Source of the DNA: Auanema rhodensis
Taxonomy: Eukaryota; Animalia; Nematoda
Direction: 5' to 3'
Assembly (NCBI GenBank): GCA_964057225.1
Contig: OZ059896.1
Span: 15,190,001 to 15,254,000, forward strand
DNA: 64,000 nucleotides
The position numbers were made by a program, and so were the translations under genes. The first letter of the stretch is position 1; every line of letters begins with the position of its first letter. This document shows positions 1 to 14,200 of the stretch, piece by piece. The notes below the pieces were generated by a model, which had not been told where the DNA came from, did no database searches, and was given only the letters and a program-made list of their open reading frames with translations.

Positions 1-1473
1 AGAGAGTGGGCCGGCCATTTTTGGCAAGTGAAACATGATGACTCACCCACAGCAGTCATCGCTACCCAATAGTCTTACCACCCATTCCTACGTACAACAA
101 TACATACACACACGTGTCTTTCATGTCTCCTAACTTGGTTCTATTTCTCATATTCTCTCATGCTGCTTGTTGTCAGTTTTTGTTTCCTCCGTATATAGAC
201 GTGGTGGGCTTAGCGACCATGTTCGATCTAGTCTTGTCAGTCCAAGTCTTTATAGTTCGTCCTGAAGTCTCCTCCTGCGCTATTGTATTCATTTGAGACT
301 GTATAATTGGTGAGTTAAGTGTGACGAACCGAAGACTTTTGTCTCGTGCTGTTGGTCGAAAGACCTAGAAAGCGGCTTAGAAGGCAGCGATGCGCACTGC
401 GAATCGAGCGCCCCAACAAATAGTTCTACTAATATCTTTTTATTTTCCTCCTTCGAAAAATGATGCGATAGAACGAACTTCGAGGAATAGATAAGAAAAA
501 TAAGAACCATTATTCAGGTCTGTTTCTGCCTTACCTCCACAGCGTATTACCATCTCTCCTCTTAACCTTTTCGGTCAATACTATTTATCTGTGCTTATTT
601 TATAACATATGTTTATGCTTAATCAATTTGAGGTATCATAATATTATTGTTGTTCCCTCATACGCTTGAACTTAACACTCATTCTCTAGCGTGAATTGAG
701 GTAGACAAAAGGTCCGTCACCATAGGTTCGCGCGCATTTCATCGATTCCATTTCAAATGACTTGTCGTTTGACAGTCCAATGTGCGTGTGATCACCGTAT
801 TTCCTCTTCTATTTAGTTTTCTCTACGCAAATAGGTGTATTTGATGCCAAGTTAGCATAAACATATAAGCCAGAAGTATGATGCTTTCCCACGTTAAACT
901 TAAATAATCTCTTCGGAGGATTTTTTGGCTAGATAAGGATATTTTAAGAAATTTCCATATTTGTCTAGTTTTCAAGCACAATAAATAAAAACCACACACA
1001 TGCAACATTGAACACCACAAATTTCCCCACTTGCAACGCCCTATATGACCGCAATTCGATATATTTGCCACTATTTTATTTTGTGAATATATTGTTTTAT
1101 TCCTATTGTTTTTATTTTTTCTTCCATAATTTATATTTTGCCATCGTTGTTTATACCATCTCGTAATCGCTAATTCAATCTTTCGACGTCTTCATATATG
1201 CAAAAGTGACGTGACTTTCACGCAAGGCATATATGTCCATTTTAGATTTATTGAGTCGTTGCCGCTTGAACTGTTGAAAAATAATTTAGATAGTATTATT
1301 CCATTCATATCTTTTTTTTTTATTTCTCTTCTTCATTATTCTATAGCGATGTTAACATTGAATGTTGACTAATATCCAAGTTTGCTCTATATACATATTA
1401 TACGTACTGTTTTCGTTTGCTTGCTTGTATTCACCAACTTGATTTTTAATCTTCATTTTCTTCAGGTTTTAAA

Positions 1474-4400
1474 ATGCTCACGAGGGAGCAATTAACAGAT
1501 TTAGCTGAGAACTTCCCAACGGTAAGTGTTTTCTGTTTTTGCTTTAATGGTAATAAAAATGTGTTCAAGGTTTCCGCGGATGGCACAGGATTTCTTCCAC
1601 GTTCTGATGTCCAAGGAGCTTTGAAAGTTCTTGGCATTGACATTCCAGGATATAAGGTTAACTACAAATTAATTTTAGTTTATTAAATGTTTTTTTAGAT
1701 GAGAGATCTCATGGATAAGTTTGGGAATGATGCTCAAGTTGAGATGAGCAAATTCACTAATCTTTTTGAAGAATTAGAAGAGGCAAAGCAGAAAGAAGTT
1801 AATCGTTGGAAGGATCGCATCGGGTTCGCTGAGATTTAATAATTCTTTTTATATAAATTGGTATCTGTTAAGCTCTGTTAGCGGAACCTATCAAGTTCAG
1901 AGTGAAAAACAAGAAAACACTGTCCACACAATTCGTGTAGAGGTTTGTGAATAATCTTTGTTGACTTTTAATTGAAATATATTTCTTTATAGGAAGAAGT
2001 AGCTTTTTCCAATTGGATTAACAGTAATCTATCTGTTGATCCCGATCTAAAACGTCTTTTACCTGTTATTCCTGAGGGAGGAGATATTTACCAGAAAGTT
2101 CAAGATGGTCTTATTCTATGGCAAGTTTTCGAATTTCTGTATTTAAAAGTGTCAATAATCAAGGCGAATTATAATTTCATGATTTAACGAGTTGTATGGC
2201 ATTTTATCATATCATGCGTTGCATTCGAACTGATACTGCGAATCAAAATACGCCCCACATAAAATTATCCAAATTTGAACTACGACTTGAGCACCGAATG
2301 CGAGAGAGCATGATATAAGTGTATGGATATTCTTTTTGCTTCGTCATATTTGAACTGATATAGAAATTCACTCATAATGTAATCGAAAGAATTCTTATGT
2401 TTGCACTGGGTGGGATTGCATTTTTCTTCTCCGTTTCTTTCTCTACGTTCATACATGTGCGTATTAGGAAAAAAAGTGTGAGACACTTATTGGACATGTT
2501 AAGATGAATGAACGAGTAATCTAACAGCGAGGGGTCTAACTTGAATCTTTTTTCAGTAAACTCATCAATCTTGCTGTTCCTAATACTATTGATGAGAGAG
2601 CTATCAACAAGAAGAGTCTCAACACATATACCAAATTGGAAAATTTAACTTTAGCATTGATGTCAGCACAGGTAAACAAGTGAAGTTTCACTATTTTTGT
2701 TATTTGGGTGTTTCATAGGCTATTGGCTGTAATATCATTAATATTGATAGCGCTGACTTGAGCAAGGGAACCCCTCATCTTGTACTTGGACTGCTTTGGC
2801 AAATTATTAGGGTTAGATAATGAAGTAAATTGAAAATATGGTTCAAACTGGATTATTTTTAGATTGGGCTTTTCAATCAGATCGATCTCACTCATTGTCC
2901 TGGACTTTTCCGTCTTCTTCGAGATGGCGAAACTATTGATGATTTAAGAAAACTTTCGCCGGAAGAAATTCTTATCAGATGGGTCAACTATCATCTTGAA
3001 AATGTACGTTTTTATGAGTTCCACATTGCAAAACATTCAAACTTAGTGGTATATATTTTTATATTGAACCAGATAAAATCCTCCTCATACAGTTAATCCT
3101 GTATTTTGCGAATGTTTGGGAAAACTAGATATAAATGTTCTTATTATCCTTTTTCTGGGAACAACCTGATAGGGAAAGATTAAATTGTATTTTTCTAGGC
3201 TGGAGTTAGTCGTCGCCTCCATAACTTTACCAGTGATATTGTTGATTCTGAGATTTACTCTCATCTTCTTCATCAAATTGCTCCTGCTGGATCTGGAGTT
3301 TCTCTCGCACCATTAGGAGTACAAGGAAATGTCAACCGTGCTGGTGCTATGCTTGACGAAGCTGAGAAGCTCGACTGTAGAGAGTTTGTTACTCCAGCCG
3401 ATGTTGCCAGTGGAAACTACAAGCTTAACTTAGCATTTGTTGCTAATCTTTTCAACAAGCATCCTAACTTACCTGACCCTGGTGCTGATGAGCAAGGTGC
3501 AGTTTCATTTCCAATATGCCGCTTTGACCGTTTGTAGTTTAGTTGATTTGGATGTTCCTCAAGAAACTCGTGAAGAAAAACAATACAGAAACTGGATGAA
3601 CTCTATGGGAGTCAACCCATATGTAAATTGGTTGTACAGTGATCTGCAAAATGGAGTAGTCATCTTCCAGGTGACAGCATATACTATATTTTGGAAATTT
3701 CACGATTTGCTTTTTAGTTGTATGATATAATTCGACCAGGTATGGTTCTCTGGAAGCGCGTCGTTAAAATTTTCAACAAACTTCGTGCCATGATGGATCA
3801 AATTCAGGTTGTCTAAAGTTTGCACTTCTTTTTCATGAATTTTATTTTAGAACTGCAATTATGCTGTTGAACTGGGTAAACAACTTGGATTCTCACTTGT
3901 TGGTATTCAAGGAAAAGATATTTATGATGGAAACCAGACTCTTACTCTTGGCAAGTTTTTCGTTCATGTTCTAAATATGGTATTTATCCTATTTAGCTCT
4001 TGTCTGGCAACTCATGAGAGCTTATACTTTGACAATTCTCGCTCAATGTACCCAAAGTGGAGACTCTTTACCTTTAGACAAAGATATTGTTCATTGGGTA
4101 AATGATAAGGTGAGTCGAAAATATATTTTTTACCAATATAAACATGATTTCAGCTTTCCAAGAGCGGAAAATCTACTTCAATTAAATCTTTCCAAGATCC
4201 ATCTATTTCTGATGGAAAAGTCATTATTGACCTTATCGATAGTATTAAGCCTAATGTTATCGATTTCTCTTTGGTATTTCATTGTTTCTTCATTCACAAT
4301 TCATGAATTTTGTGTTCCAGGTTAGATCAGGTGGAACCTTTGAGGATAAAATTGACAATGCCAAATATGCCATAACTTGCGGACGTAAGATTGGAGCTAA

Positions 4401-4581
4401 GATCTATGCGTTACCTGAAGATATTGTTGAAGTATGATATTATAAGTAAAGTTGTGTTACTTAACATGTATTTCAGGTTAAACCTAAGATGGTTATGACT
4501 GTATTTGCTTGTCTCATGGCTCGAGATTACATGCCGGACATGAGAGAATCCGCTCCTGAACCTACTCCTGCTTTGCAGTGA
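1474..4581 (+). CDS. plst-1: Plastin/fimbrin actin-bundling protein (degenerate EF-hand headpiece plus 4 CH domains), 16 exons
   Basis: Manual splicing gives [10 protein letters not shown]...[14 protein letters not shown]...[26 protein letters not shown]...[16 protein letters not shown]...[16 protein letters not shown]...[17 protein letters not shown]...[17 protein letters not shown]...ENCNY-like [14 protein letters not shown]...[14 protein letters not shown]...[39 protein letters not shown], with TGA at 4579-4581. 15 introns, two with GC donors (2121, 3951). Confidence 0.96.
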
Positions 4582-5108
4582 GTGATTCGACCGTATGAAC
4601 ATACTTGTTTTCTTCATCATTTCCTCACAAAACTATTATTTGTGAATCCAGGTTGGAATATCAAATTGCTAGTATTAAGATCGTATTATTTATTTCCCCG
4701 GTTTCGTACTGTCAGATTTGTTAAATAGCAATCATTCGTTCAAACTTCTTTTTATAGTTTTTTGTTTTTTCTTTTTTTTCATAGTTTAATAATGTTATCT
4801 ATATTATAAAATAGGCCATGTTAGTGATAATACTCACTATATCACTTCTAAATTTCGCCTCATTCTCATTGGCTCATTCCTAACCAGCTTACAGTTTGTC
4901 GATTTTGTGAACTGTTTTGTAATAATTCCAGATTTTCTTATTAGTTTCGATTTCTAAAGCTGTCATACCAGCCTCTCATCACTTGATGCATGTGTTATTG
5001 CTGACTTGCTTGGTTACCCTATACATTATTTGCTTTTACTCAAATCGCTTGAACAATTCTGGTCGGTAATATTATGCTCTTAACTTTTCAAACGTGCTTT
5101 ATAACATT

Positions 5109-5114
5109 AATAAA
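5109..5114 (+). terminator. Probable poly(A) signal AATAAA of the plastin mRNA
   Basis: Canonical AATAAA about 530 nt after the plastin stop, followed by an A/T-rich tract. Confidence 0.5.
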
Positions 5115-5138
5115 TGGCTAATATGAAAAAAATATATT

Positions 5139-5144
5139 TTTATT
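5139..5144 (-). terminator. Probable poly(A) signal AATAAA of the Prickle mRNA
   Basis: TTTATT on the + strand, about 65 nt downstream of the Prickle stop codon. Confidence 0.5.
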
Positions 5145-5209
5145 TAATTTTTGTTTCATAAAATGACTACGATGTATCACAATAGCTCTGTTTTAAATAT
5201 TAACTCTGA

Positions 5210-8200
5210 TTACGAAACAATACATCTATTGCTCTTCTTTTTTTTTGCCACCCGAACAGTAGAGAATTGCGTTGTTTTCCTATTAGGTACCTGAAAATAT
5301 TAACAATTAGGATCATATTAAATTTAAATATCATAAATTTAATAAGTAATTCATTTTTAAAATTTTTTATTTTCGTTCTATACCGCATGCGTCATGTCAT
5401 TAAGTATCATTTTTACATAAAATGACGTCCTAAGCGATTTATTTTACAATTTTGGATATAAAATATAAAATCCGGTTTTTATAGGAGTAACTTAGGAATG
5501 TTTAAGGAAAAACAATTTGGTTTGTGGAAAATAGTGAAAAGGTTTCTAAATATCATAGAATAGTTTAGTACTTACCCTACTTAGTGAGGCAGCAGCCATC
5601 AAGTTTGCAACATATAAATCATCGTCTTCCGACTCAGATGATGTACTGGAACAAAGAATATAAACATCTTTCACGTGCTAAACTATGAATACCTTAAATC
5701 GTCCTCATGTGGCATTAAGCGATTAGGTGTGTGGCTATAATAGTTTCCTATTCTTTCGGAATCCGATCCAAACTTCTTTTCAAACTCGGGACTACTAAGC
5801 AAAGAAAATTTTTACTAAAGGGGAATAGAAAAGACAAAATACCTTGAAGTACACGGTAAAACAGTTTCATAAATGTTTTCTGTAGGAGGTGGTGGAGGGG
5901 CTCGTTGAGGTGGTCGGGGAGCGAGAATAGGAGAAGGCAAGGCACGTGGTGTTCGTGTAGGTCTCCCTTGTTTACGTTCAGGCGATGAAACCATTAATCT
6001 ATCATCAAATCCCGAATCTAAAAGATGAATAAATAAGTTTAAGGAGTAGAAAAAATATTTTTACCTGATTCACATCCATTATACCCACAATATAACCGGT
6101 TATCTAACAGAGAGTATTTAAGTCCAAGTAAATTTTTAGCGCAGACGCAACAGCTAAAGCATCGGACATCGGCATGCCAATGAAGATCGTTCTGAAATGT
6201 TTTAAATATTAAATAAGATAGAGAAAAAGTGTATTTACCTGTGAAATATGGGGATGGTTATTACGGATTTTTCCGCGACAGGTCGCACATTGAAGAGGAG
6301 ATTCAGCAGAATGAAAACAGTTTAAACATACGGGTTTACCATTTCTAAAAAAGGCAAATGAATTGTGCTTAAAACTATTTTTTGAATAATGATTGAAGTC
6401 AGCTGTTACTTACCTCTGCATATACTTTTTGCCACCTAAGATGCAGGCACAATCAGCGCACTGGAAGTGATGTAAATGCCACGTTCGACCTTCGGCTTCG
6501 GTACATTCCTCACCAAAAATAAGCTAAAATATCGTTGTTAGAATCTCTGCTGTAAGCAATTCCACAAAAAAATGATTTAAATTCTATGATATGCTATGAT
6601 ATGCTCAAGTCAGGAACCCTCATTTTGAAATCTGTATACGGATGTTGAGCTTATTGTGTTACTGCTAGAAGCAGTTAACTTATAATAAACCATCGCTTAT
6701 GAATGAGCATATTTTTCTCAAGATGGTTGTAGAGCGGTCATTTTGCCATGATAAGGGTATGGAGACTTAGAGAACTATACGAAGCTGTAAACGGCGCGAC
6801 TGATCTGTCAACGCTGGCCATATGCCTAAGGGATTGAAAACGATTGAATTGAGTGAAAAACAGAGAGAACAGAGATTGTATGTGTATGACTAAGAAAGAA
6901 AGAGAGAGAGAGAGAAAAACGGATGTGGAAGCTGTATGATCTGTGTCTGGTTGATGTCTTGCTAATACAAAACAACGATAAAAGATGAAGAGCTAACCAG
7001 CTGTCAGGAGCAGTATATGCTCCAGCTTGGTTCAAATCGGCTTTAGATCATCATCTGGTTCAAAACTTACAAATACAATGCGGAAACCTGCCTGATGATA
7101 TAGGATGTAAGCATCTTCCTGAACGTTTGTCCCAATTTCTTTATACGTCATCGTGTAACAACAGCAAGCACAAATTGATTAACAGCCAGTAGAACAGAAC
7201 TTGAACAAGCCTGTGTGTTTATTCGTTTCGGAGACCGACCAAAATCAGATACTAACTGTTCACATGTCGGCAGTTCACAAGGAAATTGGAGATGATTGTC
7301 AGAAAGCTGAGAGGGTGTTTGTAAAAGGAAAAGCACATCAATAGCATATGCAATATGAAAATGAGACGACGATAATGAAAGAGACAAGATCAGATTGACT
7401 GGAGACAGTATGGATGGATCAGTCGCCTGTCGGCACTTTCATGTCGAACAATATATTCTTGTCTTTAACTCAAATCTCAAGAAAAAGTAATTGAAACCGT
7501 CGAAGAAAGACACCGACCATATGATCTTGTTAACTATATGTATCAATTGAATAAACATGTAGACAAGAAATTAGATGTAAATATGTTTTCAAGATTGGCA
7601 AGCTGTTGATTTCAGCTTGATAGATTCTTCAAAGGATATTTGATTTTCAGATGGTTTCGGATACTTTCTAGAGATTAAAGCATATTCATTTGCATATAGG
7701 ATGAAAGAAGATGCAATGAATAGCAAGTTGGCAAACTTATATCTGTTTTGGAATAAGTTTTAAAGAATAATATGTTTTAAGCTCTTTAATACAAGCATAC
7801 CGCTGTTTGTCTAGGTTAATACGAAAGATATTCTACTTACAATCTTTAAGTGCAAAAAAGATCTGATGTCGACCTTGCACTTCCTCCTAAGTCACTCCTA
7901 TTTACATTTGCTCTTCCTCTCTGCTCTTTCTCTCTCTCTCTCTCAATTTTTTTCTAAACCTTGATAAGTATTATTCCAGCCTTTTTCTTCCCCTCCCCCC
8001 CCCCAATAGTTCATTTCATTCTAACTAACTATTCTTTTAAGCTTTATCTTATCGAGAAAATATCATACTTCATCTGATCTTAATGACCTTATAACTTTTC
8101 AAATGAATTGCCAATTGAGATTCTGAATGAACATGTAGCTGAAGGTTTCTCATTAATGTTCCAATAATAGTTACAATTACAACAACAAACCCTCGTTCTA

Positions 8201-11200
8201 ATGATTTAAACACATCGAAGATTGAAATGTTTGATAGAAAAGGATAATTTGCTTATGCAAATGGCTTTATTGAAAAGATTTTAATCGCTCTGTACAGCTA
8301 AATTCTAAAGATACAGCTTTTTCGCTATCATTTCATGTAGACAAATCATAGTCAGTCTTACAAAGTGAAGTCAATTGTATTCAGATGCAAATCGGATACA
8401 GAAGGAGATAAAGACGAAAAAAAGAGAGAAAGAGGGAAAATGTTTCTTTATGGTATAGAGGAAGAAAGATAGAAATGAAGGGAAGGCCTTGAGAAAACGA
8501 GAATAATTTTTGAACCTTTTTTTTGGTTTTTCAATAGGATCAAAAGGAGAAAGGTTTTCAAAGTTAATTCAATGCGCAGTGACTAGATTGAACTGTTTTT
8601 TTAATTTCTCTCAATGTATATCTGGAATTGGAAATTCATGATTAAAACTTCTTCCAATTCCGTTATAAAGGGACTTTTCTATCGAAATCGCTTCTCAGCT
8701 GCAACATCAGATTGAAGAAGTTGCAAAGCCCTTGTCATTGAGCATTGTCTCGAATAGCTTTCCTCAATATTCGTTTCTGTCCCTCATTGTCGTCTGTCTC
8801 GTCACGCACACGTGTTGCGACTTTAGTTTATGAGACGATTCGGACTGTCAGTAGCCAGATGTCCTGGATACTAAATCAACAAGAATTGCACGTACAGTAC
8901 AGCCAGTTGAAGAGAGTGAAGACAGTTAGAGAGTAACGGAGGCAAAAGCACTAAATGGGACACTAGGCTGAGAAAAGGTTTTAAAGCCTTCAAGGATATA
9001 GAGAGAAATTGCTCCAAGCCATTTACAGTTTCAAAACTTTTGTCGTAGAAACGTTTAGAGTTGAAGCTTTTAGATATCAATTCAGTTTCAAAGACTAACC
9101 TCATCACAGCGGGCACATCGGGGCTTAATTTGCTCAGCATGATGACGTCCACAGAAAATCTGAAACAGGATCATGTTAATTATCAAAAGTTCATTGAAAA
9201 TTAAAGTTTACCTTTCCATCATGAGCAAAATATACTAGATCAACTAGAAGGATTCGGCATTCATTACAGTGAAAGCATTGGGGATGAAAGATTTGAGAGG
9301 TTCGAGTTGATTCAACAACTACTTCCCCTTCTTGAGCATCACGGAAACACTGAAAAAGATAACTAATAATGTATGTATTGTTTCTTTCAATGAAATATTT
9401 ATTTTTTGTACACTATTTAATTTTTCGCTTTAACTTAGCCAGCACTCTTCTACTTCTCCTATGTTCACGTAATAATCCCATGGGCTATTTAAAAATATTC
9501 ATTCAGTTCATAAAAATTGTGGAAATCGGTTGTTCCCGCTGTAAAAGCCAATTATTGCCATATCTGTTAACCAATTTAACTATACAATTATATTTAATTA
9601 TATATATATATATGTGTTATACATATATATAGTTAGTATATATGTAAGAAAATCAACTTGACCATCTAGGGCGCTCACATAGTTAGGTCAAGTTTCATTC
9701 GAACACGGAACAGAGGAAATATGAGTTGATGAGAAAAGAGGAAACACCTGTTGTCTTTCGTGATTTAACTGTTTGTTCTTAATATGGATTCACATTTCAG
9801 TTCCAAAAATTCTTAATTTTCCTCAAGTACGCACGACAGTTCCAAGTTAGTTATAACATTAATAGGCAAATTATTGTTTGTTGTACATGTATAGTTAAGT
9901 TCGGTTTGAGATGTGAATCAATATGCTCAAGACAGCTAACTATATACATATAACTCATACTGTATGCATGAGAATTAGCATATGATGCTTGTGACCAGCA
10001 TAAATCAGTTGAAGCAGAAGCTCATATATAATGAAAAGAAGCAAGATTTGCAGATCGTGGATGATCTAATTAAAGTTTGAAGAGCGAGAATGCACTCATC
10101 TATCCATGGTCGTGCAGATAAGGCGATTAACTCACATTCGAAAAGCAAATAAATAGATAATAGATAATTAATTATATCTGTTTAACCTATATGTAACGAT
10201 ATTTTGCCGTTTTTCTAGTTATATGACGAAAGGCACCCATTGTGTTCTTGATAACTGGCTGTGAGTGAAACCTGTCGTTTCTTGCTTTTCCTTCACGTAA
10301 TCCGTTTGAGTCTATAGTCTGTGCCCCCACCCCGGCTCGCAGGTCATTTCATGACTGACTGAGGTCATCATTGGACTTGCAAAAAGTGATTCGCTGCAAT
10401 CTTATTCAATCCCTAACTATTAAGAGTCATAAAAATGTGTTTTCCATCTCCATAAACTAGAGATAGGTCATCATCAATTTTTAATCTGATGTAATGAAAA
10501 AGGGAAGACCGCAGAACGTAGAAGTAGAGTCATTAAACCTGGTAACACGATGGTGTTGAAACATTGGAATGTAGCAGTACAACGGCTGACACTATCGTGT
10601 TCTACTTTCCCAAGAAGGTTTTTTTGGCATCAAAAGCAGCATTGACCAATGATTATTGCAAAGCAGCTTATATCCAGGTTTTGATGTCCAGTCATCTCAA
10701 CCTTTTCCAGCATTACCATCAGCTTTATATTTCTTTTTGTTTAGAAAAAAGGCTTATGGCATTAAATCATTGTACGAATGACCTAAGAGATGACGTCTCA
10801 TGACATCAAAATATGCTGAAGGGGAGTCTGAACATCAGAACATTGACACAGAAAACTGATGTCGGATCATTTAACGTCAAGTAATTCATCTTCTTATTTC
10901 ATCCCTATTATCTGTCATCAGAGGATTAAGCAGAAAAAATATTCAAGAAAAAGCCGAGAGTAGGTCATTACTCAAATCGTTGACCCCCCTCTGATGTCTC
11001 GATGGTGATAGTCTTCTTCAAGCTGTTCCCTCTCTCTCCTGGGTCTCGTTTCCACTTAGAGATCAGACTACAATGATGAAAAGAGAGAGAGAGAGGAGGG
11101 GGTAAGCAAAGTGAATAGAGTATTCAGAAACTGTAAGACATAACGAAAGCAAAGAACTACCGAACTGATCAGAGAGAGAGAGAAAAAGAGAGAAACAAGG

Positions 11201-14200
11201 ACAGAGCTTCTCCTACTCTTGAGTTCAGCGCTGCGCGAAAGCAGATTTGTGCATTAATCGCATTAGCGGAACAGTTCAGATAATTAGCGAATCATTTTCC
11301 AATGTTATAAACTTGACTATCTATATAGAATATACGATATAAATGTAAATTTCATAAGTATAAAGTTAAGTTGAATAATTTTCAAAAGTAGTTTACTAAA
11401 TGAATAACTATATAGTATATGGAATACATATAAACAGTCCTCATGATATATTTGCATATATACAAATTGGAAGCTTGAAAAGCTGAAATTGTTTCAAACA
11501 TAACTAAATTCTCTCATAATCCCTCCTTCCAAACTTTCTTCATTCCAATTTTTCAACTTCTTACTCTCAGTCTCAACTAGGATTGTTCAACATATTAGAG
11601 CCGGCTTTATCTCATCAATACGTTGTCGGCCTTGTATAATAGTAGTAATACAGCCGGTGGGTGCTGAGGGAAACGCCATAGTAAACCCAACTAAAAGCCA
11701 TAGTTTCTGAATCTAATGGATTGCTTAAGCACACCTTTCAGGCGACATCTGCTAACGCAGATGTGTCAAATGGTTTCCTGTGGATTGCACATTTCCCCGT
11801 CATATATGTATGTAATTTTTCAAGATTTGTTGAAAAGTTTAAAAAGAAGAAAGCTGACGAAGTCTTGACAACGAGTTACACATGCTTAATTGACACTACA
11901 TTTACTAAAAGTAGAAAAATCCCCGACTATTACTAGTTAATTAGCGTAGTGCATATAGTGTGCGACAAGTTACGTGAGTCCCTCATGAAGTTCCTAATTC
12001 TCATTTTATTATTTGTTACCCATAGAAGCGGTTGTTGATTATTATGGCATTATGGTTTAAGAATATGTTTGTATGACTTCCCACGTGGCTCAAGTACCTG
12101 TTATGCCATAGACATGCTATCGTCTGCCGTTGTTATGTCATCAGCATGTCGGCAGCATCACAGGTGGAATAAGCGCTTAAGTTTACTTGCTCAATCTCTT
12201 ATATCCATAGACATGCATTTATGCATCTGGTCATCACTCATACATCTTTTAAGATATACCTATGTTTTGGGATAAAAAGGCTCTTGAAAGGCATGATAGG
12301 ATTAAATTACAAACAAGTTGCACCAACAAGTCTCTGTTTGTATGTTGAATGAAGCCACCTTATAATTGTTGTAGTCTTACTCTCATGTATTCATATACCT
12401 TTTATTGGTAAATATGGAAATCACTTCCAAATTCAACGAGAATCAATGGATGACTACTTGTTGCTCATAGAAGGATGAGCAATATACAAGACAATGAATG
12501 TGTTTCAGAAAAAGCGAGAGAGAGAGAGAGAGAATAAATAAAAGAGAGAAAGATTAAATGTAAGGAGAGCCTTCATGCTGATCTGAATTAAGTAACCTCA
12601 TGCAAGTGTACTTCAGAAATCCTTATGTACTATTCCATATCTTAGTCTATTCTGATTTTCTCGAACAAAAACGCAAAGAAGATAATACCAAGCAGTTGTT
12701 TACATGTAGTTTATCCATATATGTCCTTCTTCTTCATTCTTTTTCCTTTTCAATTTCTATTACTCAGAGTCTCAAGTGGCCGACAATTAGCTGTTCAGAG
12801 AGGGAGTAAGAGAGAGACAGAGAGAGGACTGATCGGTTGTCAGAACTAACCCTAAGAAACCAGCTCTGACAGTTACTGTCTTGACTATGGTTTGAGACAG
12901 AAAGGAAAAGACAGTAATGAAAATAGAGAGAGAGGGAGAGACATATAAAGAGAATAAAAGAGAAAACAAGTAAACAAACCATCTGCCAAGTAAATCTTTT
13001 ACTTATTCTCTTTGACATATCTTTTCAATTCTTGCTAATAAATCATAAAAATGATGTTATAACCCTTTAGTCTCATTTTACTTTTCTAATAGCCTTCTTA
13101 TAAACCTATAATTACGAGCAAAAAATATATAAAATATGATATCAAATGACTGTGAATAGCTGATCAAAGAAACATCTTGTCTAATTATTAGCAAGATTTC
13201 TTCATCATCTTTACAAGTTCTTTCCGGGTTTAATCTCAGAAAATTGATGTAAAATTAAAAGGATCGTATTACACCGATGTGTTATTCAAGAAAAAAGATG
13301 ATGATTATGCATAGTTAAATATCTTGATGCACCTGGCTCCACGTTTTATGGATAGTAAATGATTTACAAAAATAAATTATAGATAATTAGGTTTGTGAAG
13401 ATATGCCATAAAGATCAATCCTATGCATCCCACATGGCACAGAGCTGTTGGAATGAGGGAGAAAAAGAGCTGAGAGACTAAGGTGATTAGGAGCATTAAA
13501 TGGATGAAGAAGCGTCGGCACGTGTGACATCACAAACACATCGAAGGTGGTTGTCGGCAAGCGAATCAGTTCTTTTGAGCTGATGACAAGAATGAAGATG
13601 AAGATGCATTTTATGACCGAACGTTTATATGTGTATAGACGGAAAATTACAAAGACTCAGCGATTCTAATCCCATTACTTGCTTCTCTTTTTCCAACTAC
13701 TACAGATTTTCTCATTCTTCAATCATTTCGATCCCTTTAATACAACGATGCCATCTTTTGAACTGCGATATAGTGTGAAATGACATCAACTGATGATAAT
13801 AGCATGGAGGTGAAAACGAGAATTTAAAGATACTAAGCTTTTCAAATGCTGTTGTTTGCAAAGCTACAGATAATATTCTGGATGCTGGTTGTCATCTCGT
13901 TTTTCTTCCTCCTACATGTCATTACCATCATACTCATCGTCATCATACAGTGAATTCTGTTCAGTCTCTAACTAGCATGCCTATTCAACCTAACTTCTCA
14001 TGAACTCATATTATGACGAGAATAGATCCTGACACGCAAATTGATCAGAGACAGCAACCCGGATTGGCAAAATCTATTCATCATCCAATCGCTACTTAGG
14101 CCTGTTGATGGCCTGCTGAGTTTTCGCGGAACTAATGTTGTGGCAGGTGATGATGAGTAGTAAGCCACATAAGAGTCATAATTCTAGTGGACATCATCAT

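Noticed and set aside
2121-2556. snoRNA in the enlarged plastin intron
   Set aside because: Only a degenerate ATGATTT...CTGA pair ~55 nt apart and no convincing H/ACA fold by eye.
8700-8940. Cassette exon in the Prickle intron between LIM exons
   Set aside because: All three frames after the TTTAG acceptor hit stops quickly and no clear donor was found.
10565-10590. miR-1-like TGGAATGTAG
   Set aside because: Seed match only; no complementary arm.
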